A stretch of 61,487 nucleotides of DNA from Minisyncoccota bacterium (GTDB taxonomy: Bacteria; Patescibacteriota; Minisyncoccia; Phycocordibacterales; UBA9973), in contig JBAYKO010000004.1 in NCBI GenBank assembly GCA_041664605.1, positions 1 through 61,487 of the forward strand, read 5' to 3'. Position 1 is the first letter of the stretch; each line of letters starts with the position of its first letter. Positions 18,565-27,447 of this stretch are shown here, one piece after another. The notes beneath the pieces were generated by a model, which was given only the letters and a program-made list of their open reading frames with translations, did no database searches and had not been told where the DNA came from. The translations under genes were made by a program, and so were the position numbers.

Positions 18565-18676
18565 ATCCAGCACTAAATTTTATTAGCACTTATTAAGATT
18601 TTAAATAATAATACTTAAATTGATTATATCAATTAGGGTAAAAAAAACTAGGCAAGTATAAAATTTAGTGCTGGAT
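18565..18676. repeat. CCAGCAC-family element with perfect 19-bp arms enclosing a promoter
   Basis: atccagcactaaattttat / ataaaatttagtgctggat; TGaTATAAT on the minus strand at 18631-18623. Confidence 0.85.
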
Positions 18677-18739
18677 GAATTTTAACACTAAACACAATTT
18701 GTGTCTGTGTATAAATTATTTCTTATTAAATTTCTTTTT

Positions 18740-19903
18740 TCATTTTTCTCTTTTCCACTCTCTCCTATCTTTGCCTTTGTAATATTTTTTGTTTTTTAAT
18801 TTTTCTGGAAGTAAACTTTCTTTGGTGTACTGTTCATATCCTTTACCATAGCCAATATTTTCCATTAATTTAGTTACTGGATTTCGAATACTTTTTGGAA
18901 TTGGCAAATTTCCATATTTTTTTACATCTTCTTTGGCTCCCAAATAGGCCTCGTAAGCGTCTCTATTTTTCGGAGCAACCGAAAGATAAACCACACCGTG
19001 AGCTAGATTTTCTCCACACTCAGGCATTCCAATTATTTCAACTGCCCTAAAAACATCGTTTGCAACAACAAGGGCTGTTGGTTGAGCCATACCAATATCT
19101 TCTGAGGCAAAAACTACCATTCGGCGGGCTATAAATTTTGGATCTTCACCGGCATCCAACATTCGACACATATAATAAAGTGCTGCGTCTGGTTGAGAAG
19201 CGCGCATACTTTTTATAAAAGCACTGATTGTATTGTAATGTTCGTCACCCTTTTTGTCATAACGTAAAAATTTTGACTGCAGTGTATTTTTTAAATTTTC
19301 TAGTGTAATATCTGAATAAAGTCCGGCAGTATTTTCTATCATCGCAATCGCTTGCCTTGCGTCCCCCGCTGACATAAATACGAGCCAATCCATTGCGTCT
19401 TTTTTTAATTTAAAACCTGTTCGCTTTATAATTTTTTTCATGTCTTCGTCAGAAAATTCTTCCAGAACAAAAACACGACAACGAGAAAGAAGTGGTGAGA
19501 TCACTTCAAAACTTGGATTCTCTGTAGTTGCCCCAATTAAAGTTAATTTTCCACTCTCAACATGTGGTAAAAGAAAATCTTGTTGTGCTTTATTAAAACG
19601 ATGAATTTCGTCAAGAAATAAAATTCGCGGACCTAAAAGTTCCCCTCTTGTTTCTAATATTTTTTTAATATCATCTTTGCCAGCTGAAACGGCAGAAAGT
19701 TCGTGATAATCAGCGTTCAGAGCCTTGGCATAAATTCTAGCTAGGGTAGTTTTTCCAATTCCTGGCGGCCCCCAAAGAATAAAAGAAAAAAGATGCTTAT
19801 TTTTTATAGCAATTGAAAGAGGTTTATTTGGACCAACTAAATGTTCCTGCCCGACAAATTCAGACAAATTTTTAGGCCTAATTTTTGACGCTAGAGGTTC
19901 CAT
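18740..19903 (-). CDS. rarA: Replication-associated recombination protein A (MgsA/RarA AAA+ ATPase)
   Basis: [55 protein letters not shown]. Confidence 0.96.
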   Translation of the reverse strand: MEPLASKIRPKNLSEFVGQEHLVGPNKPLSIAIKNKHLFSFILWGPPGIGKTTLARIYAKALNADYHELSAVSAGKDDIKKILETRGELLGPRILFLDEIHRFNKAQQDFLLPHVESGKLTLIGATTENPSFEVISPLLSRCRVFVLEEFSDEDMKKIIKRTGFKLKKDAMDWLVFMSAGDARQAIAMIENTAGLYSDITLENLKNTLQSKFLRYDKKGDEHYNTISAFIKSMRASQPDAALYYMCRMLDAGEDPKFIARRMVVFASEDIGMAQPTALVVANDVFRAVEIIGMPECGENLAHGVVYLSVAPKNRDAYEAYLGAKEDVKKYGNLPIPKSIRNPVTKLMENIGYGKGYEQYTKESLLPEKLKNKKYYKGKDRREWKREK

Positions 19904-19933
19904 TCGCTCATTTTAACATAATCTAAAATATAT

Positions 19934-21226
19934 TTATTTCCTTTTTTTACTTAACAAAAATCCATTTTTATAACCAGAATATATATCATTATCATGATAC
20001 TTTGGAATAACTTTATCATTTACAAAATCAACGTCGTAAATAGCAGCTGGTTCATCTGGCCCAACAGCATCTATCCTGGCTATTTTAGAAATTTTTTGAA
20101 CCCAACCTTTAATTACACCAGAGCTACAAGCATTACCAATTAATTGTCCATTTTCGGTAAAACTTTCTTCTATTTCGGAATTAAGTTGATCAATTTTTTC
20201 TTTTCCAAAATAATCACTTTCATTTCCTGTACCACCCAAAGAGAAACCATCTTCATTACTATGTGCTGAAATAACCCCAAAAGAAACTTTTTTACCACTA
20301 TCTTCTTTTGCTTTCAAAATTTGGTTAATTAATTCAAAATCTGAACCACATTCAATTATTCTAAAATTTAATTTATCTTTTTTATGATTATATATTTTCC
20401 CCCAAATTTTTTGTTGATTATCAAACGCCCCATTATAATCACTTTCAGCAAAGGCTAAAACCCCCATCCCTTTTTGTTGATCAATATCATTAAGTTGATT
20501 AACTAACATCTCTTTTGGATATCTTTGAAAATTAGTAATACCAAATTTTTCATGTAATTTTTTAACACAACCAGGTATTTCATTTTCTAAGTCTTGCATT
20601 ACTTCAAATGATTTAGTCCCTTGGTCAAAGGATTCTCCTTTAATAAATTTTTTAGAATGTTCTCCACTATTGATATAATCCCATCTCTTTCCTTCTGCCC
20701 ATGCTTTTGATATTGCATCTTCATCAAAAACAATCCTTTTAAATTGTGCTATATCAAAATCTTCTATCCCGAATCTTTCTCTGGCTGAAACTCTCCATTG
20801 TTCTTTTCTTTGGTTAAATTCAAAATTCTTGTCTTTTTCTAATTTTTTATCTTCCCCTTCAACAGAAACATTATTTTCTACTTTTTCAACATTCTTTTCT
20901 ACTTCCGGTTTTTCAATTTCATCTTTTATTTTATCCTTTGTCTCTTGTACTAAATTTTCTGCTTCGTTATTTATTTGGTTTAAAGACTCACCAATATTTA
21001 AATTAACTTTTGAAGCAATAATATCGTCCTGATCAAATTCTTTTGAATTTTCAATTTGCCCAATTTTTTTATCTTGGTTTTTTAATAATGAAATATCTTG
21101 ATCAATTTTTAGATTAATCTCTTTTGATAATTCTTCTACTGTTTGGGTATCTTCAATATTACTAACTGGTGTGTCTTTTATTACTTCTATTCCCTGCTGT
21201 GTTTTGTCTAAATTATCTAGTGGCAT
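19934..21226 (-). CDS. Hypothetical protein; acidic coiled-coil N-terminus, possible clan CD (caspase-like) protease domain at the C-terminus
   Basis: SFGVISAHS and LIGNACSSG resemble a His-Cys dyad pattern; by-eye inference only. Confidence 0.55.
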   Translation of the reverse strand: MPLDNLDKTQQGIEVIKDTPVSNIEDTQTVEELSKEINLKIDQDISLLKNQDKKIGQIENSKEFDQDDIIASKVNLNIGESLNQINNEAENLVQETKDKIKDEIEKPEVEKNVEKVENNVSVEGEDKKLEKDKNFEFNQRKEQWRVSARERFGIEDFDIAQFKRIVFDEDAISKAWAEGKRWDYINSGEHSKKFIKGESFDQGTKSFEVMQDLENEIPGCVKKLHEKFGITNFQRYPKEMLVNQLNDIDQQKGMGVLAFAESDYNGAFDNQQKIWGKIYNHKKDKLNFRIIECGSDFELINQILKAKEDSGKKVSFGVISAHSNEDGFSLGGTGNESDYFGKEKIDQLNSEIEESFTENGQLIGNACSSGVIKGWVQKISKIARIDAVGPDEPAAIYDVDFVNDKVIPKYHDNDIYSGYKNGFLLSKKRK

Positions 21227-21228
21227 AT

Positions 21229-21375
21229 TTAAAATGACTTTCTTATTTTTTCTATTTTCTTTTGTTCTAAATCTTTTTTAAAAGACTTAATAAGCTCTGA
21301 TTTCTTTTTTGAAAGTTCAGTAATTTTTGTTTTGAACTCACTGTATATGTCTTTGATTTTTCCCTTATCATTCAT
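21229..21375 (-). CDS. Small basic coiled-coil protein (48 aa), not in the ORF track
   Basis: MNDKGKIKDIYSEFKTKITELSKKKSELIKSFKKDLEQKKIEKIRKSF; TGgTATAGT 6 nt upstream; stop sits 2 nt before the next start. Confidence 0.7.
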   Translation of the reverse strand: MNDKGKIKDIYSEFKTKITELSKKKSELIKSFKKDLEQKKIEKIRKSF

Positions 21376-21410
21376 ATTAAAACTATACCAAAAATTATGG
21401 TTTTGGTCAT

Positions 21411-21460
21411 TTGCTATTTTTTAAAAAAGTGCTAAATTGAAGGCAGAAATAGTACTAAAT
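21411..21460 (+). promoter_or_regulatory. sigma70 promoter with AGAA leader motif
   Basis: TTGCTA-16-TAAATT, then gaaGGCAGAAATAG. Confidence 0.65.
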
Positions 21461-21468
21461 ATATTCAT

Positions 21469-22005
21469 ATGGCAAAAATTGAAGTAAAAGGAAATTTTGA
21501 TCTTCCTAATCTTATTAATTATCCTGCTTTTAGAGAGCATGGTGCTTATATCCACGCATTTAAGTTATGGTACAACATAACTCAAGAGTACGATGAGGAA
21601 CTTCTTAAATTGAATAGAACTGCTACCCTTTTGGAATTATGTTCTAAAAATGGCAATGATCTTATCAAGACAATACAGGAAGTATGCGAGCATGATCCAG
21701 AGTTAAGAAATAGAATTGCCCAAATAGGTGACATAGAGCATGGAAAGTTCTTTAATGGCATAAAGATTGGCGACACTTTGGTCGACTACACTATCTGTAA
21801 AAAATGTGGGTTCGAACACCATTTCAAAAGATTCCCCTGGGTAAATTGTCAGCACTGTGGTTGTAAACAAATGAATCACATTCACACTGACCCATATCCT
21901 GATGAAGTTATGACTGATAAATTCGAAATACAAATTTATGAATGTAAGGAGTGCCATAAAAGAATTGAGGCAGAATTCTTAAAAGGAAAAGTGATGTCAG
22001 TTTAA
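21469..22005 (+). CDS. Hypothetical protein with C-terminal zinc-ribbon motifs
   Basis: CKKC, CQHC and CKEC pairs; own promoter and terminator. Confidence 0.7.
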   Translation: MAKIEVKGNFDLPNLINYPAFREHGAYIHAFKLWYNITQEYDEELLKLNRTATLLELCSKNGNDLIKTIQEVCEHDPELRNRIAQIGDIEHGKFFNGIKIGDTLVDYTICKKCGFEHHFKRFPWVNCQHCGCKQMNHIHTDPYPDEVMTDKFEIQIYECKECHKRIEAEFLKGKVMSV

Positions 22006-22029
22006 AAAACCCCCCGAATAGGGGGTTTT
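22005..22029. terminator. Bidirectional terminator
   Basis: aaaaaaccccc-cgaata-gggggtttt. Confidence 0.8.
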
Positions 22030-22082
22030 GGTTTTTAATTTATTCCTGACATTTACATTTTGCAAAATGTTTAAATGTCACT

Positions 22083-23189
22083 TTACTTCTTCTTTATTAA
22101 ACTTTTATATGTTTGGCTTCGGCCACCGTTTGTAGATTTTATTTGTTCATAAGTTGGAATTTGATAAACCTGCAAACGAGAATCCAAGAAATCTGAGAAA
22201 ACCATAGTTTTTCCGTCAGGAGAAACGGCTAAGGCAGTTGGTTGATTTCCCCCAATAATCACATCCAATAATTTCCCTGTTTCTGTATCAAAAAGCTCTA
22301 CTGTTCCCCAGTCTGGGCCAGGTACATAATAATTAGTCGAAGAAAAATTGTGTCCGCGACAAGAAACATAAAGAATTTTTTTATCAGGACTTAAAGCAAT
22401 AGTGTTTGGATGACTTTCAGTAGAGGCAAATTTTATAACACTATCGTCTTTTAAATTAACTTTGTAAATTGCATTACGCCCCATATCAGAAACAAAAAGC
22501 ACACCTTTATCTTCATCAACAACAAAATGACGCATTGCATATCCACCAGAATAAATTATTTTTTTAACCCCAGTTATTAAATTTATTTTTTGAATCTGCC
22601 CTTTATCAAATCCAGCTACATAAAGAAAATTTCCATCTTTTGTAATATAAAGTCCGCGTGGAGTTTTGACTGTTGAAATTTTTCTGATTAATTTTCCAGT
22701 ACCTAAATCTATTTCTGAAACATTATTACTTATCCAATTTGAAGCATAAAGTTTTTTGCCATCAGGTGAAAGTTCCACAACCTTTGTCCAATTTCCACCA
22801 GTTTTAAAACTACGCAAGGCTTTTTTATTAATTGCATCAATTTCAAAAACTTTGGCTGTTTCCATTTGACTAGCATAAACCCTGGTTCCATCTTTATTAA
22901 AAACAACTTCCACGGCTGGGTAATTGTTTAAATTAAATGAAGTGATTTTTTTACCAGTTATTGAATCAAAAACGCTAACTCCTTGTTTTTTATTAGAAAG
23001 TGAAGTCACCCAAATTTCTTTTCCGTCGGGAGAAAATATCGCCCCTTTTGGAGCTCCGGGAACTTTTATATTTAAAAGTTTTTTTGGTAAATTCTCTAAG
23101 TTTAAATTTTGATTTTGTGCCAAAACAAAATTCCCAGCAAAAAATAAGCTAAATAAAAACAGAGTAGAAATTAAATATTTTTTAATCAT
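22083..23189 (-). CDS. Secreted YncE/YVTN-like beta-propeller protein
   Basis: Signal peptide and repeated SPDGK..YV/W blades. Confidence 0.85.
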   Translation of the reverse strand: MIKKYLISTLFLFSLFFAGNFVLAQNQNLNLENLPKKLLNIKVPGAPKGAIFSPDGKEIWVTSLSNKKQGVSVFDSITGKKITSFNLNNYPAVEVVFNKDGTRVYASQMETAKVFEIDAINKKALRSFKTGGNWTKVVELSPDGKKLYASNWISNNVSEIDLGTGKLIRKISTVKTPRGLYITKDGNFLYVAGFDKGQIQKINLITGVKKIIYSGGYAMRHFVVDEDKGVLFVSDMGRNAIYKVNLKDDSVIKFASTESHPNTIALSPDKKILYVSCRGHNFSSTNYYVPGPDWGTVELFDTETGKLLDVIIGGNQPTALAVSPDGKTMVFSDFLDSRLQVYQIPTYEQIKSTNGGRSQTYKSLIKKK

Positions 23190-23679
23190 ATTTTTTAATC
23201 ATATTTTTAACTAATTTAGGTATATTATCATTTATATATTTTATTGTTTTAAAAGTATATTTATCAACAGCTTTTTTGTTTGTTTTCCAATTTTTTACCA
23301 TATCGTCAATATCCCAAATAGAAGTTTTTTTATTTAGCGCAACATCATTAAATAGTTTAGCTTTTTTATAATCAAAATTTTCTTTTAAAAAATCGATTTG
23401 ATTTTTTGCCATACAGATTACTAAATCAAATTTTTTTAAAGTTATTTTATTTATTTTGTGTGGTCGATGTTTTAAACTTTTTGCCCCCAACTTTTTCAAA
23501 TTTTCTAAAATTTCAGGAAAAACTTTTACTTTTGGGTCAGCATAAATTCCAGCCGACTGAATTTTCCAGTTTCGAATTTTATTTTCTCTTAAATATTTTT
23601 GTAATAAAACCTCAGCCGAAAAACTCCGAAAAATATTTCCATTACAAACAAAAAGAATTTTTGGGAATTTTTTAATCAT
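23182..23679 (-). CDS. Low-molecular-weight protein tyrosine phosphatase / ArsC family
   Basis: ILFVCNGNIFRS P-loop, SAG, WDIDD. Confidence 0.85.
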   Translation of the reverse strand: MIKKFPKILFVCNGNIFRSFSAEVLLQKYLRENKIRNWKIQSAGIYADPKVKVFPEILENLKKLGAKSLKHRPHKINKITLKKFDLVICMAKNQIDFLKENFDYKKAKLFNDVALNKKTSIWDIDDMVKNWKTNKKAVDKYTFKTIKYINDNIPKLVKNMIKKYD

Positions 23680-24236
23680 TATGTTAATTTTACCACTAAT
23701 CCAATAATTAAAATTCCAAAACTGTTAAACAAAAAAGAAATTAATAAAAAAACTTTTGTATTTACTTTTGATAACCCAAGCATAGTAATACCTATTTCAT
23801 CTGGAATTGGTGAAGCAATAATAATAGCTCCTAAAAACGGAAGGAACCAATGAAACAATTTAGTTTTAAAAATATGGGGTAGTCTTTTTTTTCCTGAAAC
23901 ACCCACAATATAATTTATATCTCTCGAGACCCTGTCTTTAATAAAACGAAAAATAAGATAATCCCCAAAAACAGCACCCATTCCACCAAAAATAGCAACA
24001 ATAATAATATTAGTTTCTATTGCAAAGTCACTAAGAAGTACAATTGATGGAGTAGTTGTAAAAACTGAAGTAAAAAACATACCAGAAATAAATATTCCAA
24101 AATATTCAAATTCTCCAAATCTTTCAATAAATTGATGAATCAATCCTGTTTTTATTAAAACAATAGTTATAATAATACTTATTGATATAAGTAAAATATC
24201 TATTAAAAGATGTCTTCTTGTTCTTTCCATAATCAA
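23679..24236 (-). CDS. Integral membrane protein (VTT/SNARE-like)
   Basis: Several TM helices; GAVFGDYLIFRF, SPIPDEIG. Confidence 0.7.
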   Translation of the reverse strand: MIMERTRRHLLIDILLISISIIITIVLIKTGLIHQFIERFGEFEYFGIFISGMFFTSVFTTTPSIVLLSDFAIETNIIIVAIFGGMGAVFGDYLIFRFIKDRVSRDINYIVGVSGKKRLPHIFKTKLFHWFLPFLGAIIIASPIPDEIGITMLGLSKVNTKVFLLISFLFNSFGILIIGLVVKLT

Positions 24237-25654
24237 AATTTATCCAATAAAACTAATAAGCTAAAAAATCCGAAGAAAATAAAAATTACTGTGATAATAA
24301 TTTTTCTAATCCAGTTTGGACGAAAAACTCTTGGAAGTTCTTTATGGTTAAGCCAGAAAACTAAACCAATATGAACAAACATAGCAAAGGCATTAATTAC
24401 CGCACCTAGTATTATTAAAGTCTTTGGCTCAGAAATATTAAACAAAAATAAAATTATCCCAAAAAGAATTTGCCCCCATATAAAAGCATAGTAAATTTTT
24501 GAGAGATTAATTTTTCCACTCTCCCCTCCTTTTAATTTTTTAATGGCCACATTTTCCGCCATTATTCGCGATGTTGAATCCATAATTCCAAGTTGAGTCT
24601 GAAATAACATAACAGAAACTACAACTAAAAACAGTGTCCCTATAATAGGAAATAATTTTTGCCCAATAGCTCCACCTTCATTAATAACAAAATTAATTCC
24701 TTCTGAATTGCCTGCTAACCCATGAGTTGTGGCGTAAGATAAAAGCATAAGTAAAAGCATAGAAACAATTCCCAAAAACCAAAAAATGAAAGCGTGTTCA
24801 ATGCTTATTATCCTCCACCATTTTTTAAAATTAGAAACATTTTCTTCACTTATCTCACAATCTGTTCCAGCTAGTGAGATTTCATTTTCTCTTCTATGAG
24901 AAAACAGGCTAGCAATTTTTTGGGAATGCGCCCCCATACCATAACCTTTTTCTTTGATATAAATTGATTGAGTTAAGTTCAAATTTCCACCTGCACCAGA
25001 ATAGGCAAAGGCACCTAAAAAAGTAGCAATAGCTATTCCTTCAGGTAAAAATCTATAATTATTTCCTATTCCAATTATTCCATTAAATAAAGCTACCCAG
25101 TCTGTCTTTACGCTTACAACAATGGCCAACAAAAAAATAAAAGGAATTCCAATCAAGAGAGTGGTTTTAGTAATTCGCTCTACTACTCCGTAAACAGTTT
25201 TTCCAACACTTAAAATCAAACCAATTAAGACTAAAAATAAAATAGCTAGCCATTTAAAATCCTCTATCCCAATGACACTTCCCATTACTTTGGCTGAGGC
25301 AGCAATAATCCCCGGTAAACCAAAGCCAATAAAAGTTGAAATAATAAACCAATAAACTGCTGGTTTAAAAAATTTATAAATTCCCACAAAGACACTCTCG
25401 CCTTTTACAAGAGCATATCTTTCAATTTCCATGTTTATAAAATATTGAAAAGTAATTCCCAAAATAGCTCCCCATGTAATTCCCAAACCGTAATTAGCAG
25501 TTAGGTATGGCCACAAAATAACTTCTCCAGAACCTAGTCCAAGAGCAAGAATAATAAAACTAGGACCAATAAGTTTTTTTAGAGGTATTGGTTTGGGAAA
25601 AGGTTTTTTAATCATTAATATTGAAAATATACCAAATTTTCGGCTTTTAATCAT
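24233..25654 (-). CDS. Nramp-family (APC superfamily) transporter; alternative start at 25615
   Basis: GPSFIILALGLGSGEVILWP, QYFINMEIERY, multiple TM helices. Confidence 0.85.
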   Translation of the reverse strand: MIKSRKFGIFSILMIKKPFPKPIPLKKLIGPSFIILALGLGSGEVILWPYLTANYGLGITWGAILGITFQYFINMEIERYALVKGESVFVGIYKFFKPAVYWFIISTFIGFGLPGIIAASAKVMGSVIGIEDFKWLAILFLVLIGLILSVGKTVYGVVERITKTTLLIGIPFIFLLAIVVSVKTDWVALFNGIIGIGNNYRFLPEGIAIATFLGAFAYSGAGGNLNLTQSIYIKEKGYGMGAHSQKIASLFSHRRENEISLAGTDCEISEENVSNFKKWWRIISIEHAFIFWFLGIVSMLLLMLLSYATTHGLAGNSEGINFVINEGGAIGQKLFPIIGTLFLVVVSVMLFQTQLGIMDSTSRIMAENVAIKKLKGGESGKINLSKIYYAFIWGQILFGIILFLFNISEPKTLIILGAVINAFAMFVHIGLVFWLNHKELPRVFRPNWIRKIIITVIFIFFGFFSLLVLLDKF

Positions 25655-25661
25655 CTTTAAA

Positions 25662-25697
25662 ATCTATTCGCTTATTCGTTCGAATAAGCGAATAGAT
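25662..25697. terminator. Perfect 17-bp hairpin after the helicase stop
   Basis: atctattcgcttattcg-tt-cgaataagcgaatagat. Confidence 0.6.
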
Positions 25698-25699
25698 TT

Positions 25700-27322
25700 T
25701 TATTCAATCAAACCAAATTTTTGCAAACGAGCTATGATTGAACCAGTTTTTCTACCAAATTCTTTGGCAATTTCATCAAAAAATACTTCTTCACTAAAAA
25801 GCTTCTTTAATTTTTTATCATCACTTTCTGACCACGGTTTAAAAGCATTAGGAAAAGTTTTTCTAATTTCATCAAATCCATGACCACCTGTTTTCTTTTT
25901 GTCCCCCACTTTATGTACTTTACGAGATTTTTTAATCTTTGAATCACTTACATATCCACCAGAAGCTCGCACAAAATTCTCATGCATTTTTTTAATTTCA
26001 TCTGAAGAAATTTTAGCAAAAACTCTTTCAGCTTCTTTTGATTCATCTCTAAATCTCCTATCTTGAAAAAGAACCTCTGGATGAACTTGAAAAGCCTTTT
26101 CATTAAGACCTATGATATAAAGCCCTGAAAGTCTTCTGACACGAGAAAGAGCAACATAACCCTGTCCATATTCAAAAACCCCTGATAAGTCCATTATAGC
26201 TCCATCCATGCTCATTCCTTGGCTCTTGTGGACAGTAATCGCCCAAGCGAGACGGAGTGGCACTTGAATAATCTTGGCTTTAATTTTTCCATTTTCTTCC
26301 ACAACCCATTCCATAGGCTCAACTGTTATATTTCTATTATTCTTAATTTTCACTATTGGATGCTCGTCATTTTGATCAAAACCAATCACGGTTCCTAGTG
26401 TCCCATTAACAAATCCATCCTTCTGACTGTTTTTTGTAAACATAACTTCTGCTCCAACTTTTAAAATTAAATTTTCTGGCGACAAACATCCCTTTTTTAA
26501 AACAGCTGCTAAAAATTCATTCCCATCAGAAGACATTTGAAAAGTTACAGTTCTGTTTTCGATTTTAGAAAGAGTTTCATTGTTTACAAAATCAACATCA
26601 ATATTATGAGAAAAAAGCTTGGGTATATTTTCTGGAAAAGTTTTGACTTGATCAATTTTCCTTTTCTCAATTTTTTGTAAATGATTTTTATTAAAAGTAT
26701 TTTGGCGAATTGCCGAAAGAATAGAAAGAAAATCTTCATCATCTTGACGATATTGTTCCGTAATATAGCAAACTAAAGGTTTGGCTCTTTCCCATGCGGA
26801 ACAATCATAAGCAAAATTTGATTTTGATTTTTCTTCACTAAACATTTCCTGTTGTAAAAAATCTTCATCATTTGGAACATTTTTAACTATCGGAGGTAAT
26901 TGGAAAAAATCACCAACAAAAATTATTTGTAGTCCACCAAAAGCTTCAGAATTTTGTTTAACTTCTCTACAAACTGCATCAACCATTGAGAGTGTGTCAG
27001 CTGACAACATAGAAACTTCATCAATAATTAAAACTTTCGTACGACGAATTCTTTTTACAATATATTCAATACTGGCAATCTTATCTAAATCATATTTATT
27101 AAATTTCCTTTTAATCCCTATTCCACTCCAAGAATGAATGGTCATTCCTCCAATATGAGTCGCTGCAATTCCAGTCGAAGCAGTGATTGCAGTTTCAACT
27201 CCATTTGTCCGCAAAAAGTTCACATACTCATTTATAGTATAGGTTTTTCCAGCCCCCGGCTCGCCAGTTAAAAATACATTGGCTCCAGTCTTTAAAATTT
27301 CGAGTGCTTGTTTTTGGGTCAT
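25700..27322 (-). CDS. PIF1-family SF1B DNA helicase
   Basis: TGEPGAGKT, IIDEVSM, FGGLQIIFVGDFFQLPP, EQYRQ, LAWAITVHKSQG, YVALSR. Confidence 0.93.
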   Translation of the reverse strand: MTQKQALEILKTGANVFLTGEPGAGKTYTINEYVNFLRTNGVETAITASTGIAATHIGGMTIHSWSGIGIKRKFNKYDLDKIASIEYIVKRIRRTKVLIIDEVSMLSADTLSMVDAVCREVKQNSEAFGGLQIIFVGDFFQLPPIVKNVPNDEDFLQQEMFSEEKSKSNFAYDCSAWERAKPLVCYITEQYRQDDEDFLSILSAIRQNTFNKNHLQKIEKRKIDQVKTFPENIPKLFSHNIDVDFVNNETLSKIENRTVTFQMSSDGNEFLAAVLKKGCLSPENLILKVGAEVMFTKNSQKDGFVNGTLGTVIGFDQNDEHPIVKIKNNRNITVEPMEWVVEENGKIKAKIIQVPLRLAWAITVHKSQGMSMDGAIMDLSGVFEYGQGYVALSRVRRLSGLYIIGLNEKAFQVHPEVLFQDRRFRDESKEAERVFAKISSDEIKKMHENFVRASGGYVSDSKIKKSRKVHKVGDKKKTGGHGFDEIRKTFPNAFKPWSESDDKKLKKLFSEEVFFDEIAKEFGRKTGSIIARLQKFGLIE

Positions 27323-27323
27323 T

Positions 27324-27358
27324 ATGGTAGGTTATAGGTTAGAGTTTATAGGTTTTAG
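27324..27358 (-). repeat. Period-7 array before the helicase start
   Basis: ctaaaac ctataaa ctctaac ctataac ctaccat aATG. Confidence 0.75.
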
Positions 27359-27447
27359 TAAAAATTACCTTACTTTATTTTCCATATAAAAAACTATACC
27401 AAAAAATTAGATTTTAGGCATTTTTAGTATAGTTTTTTACGAGTTTT

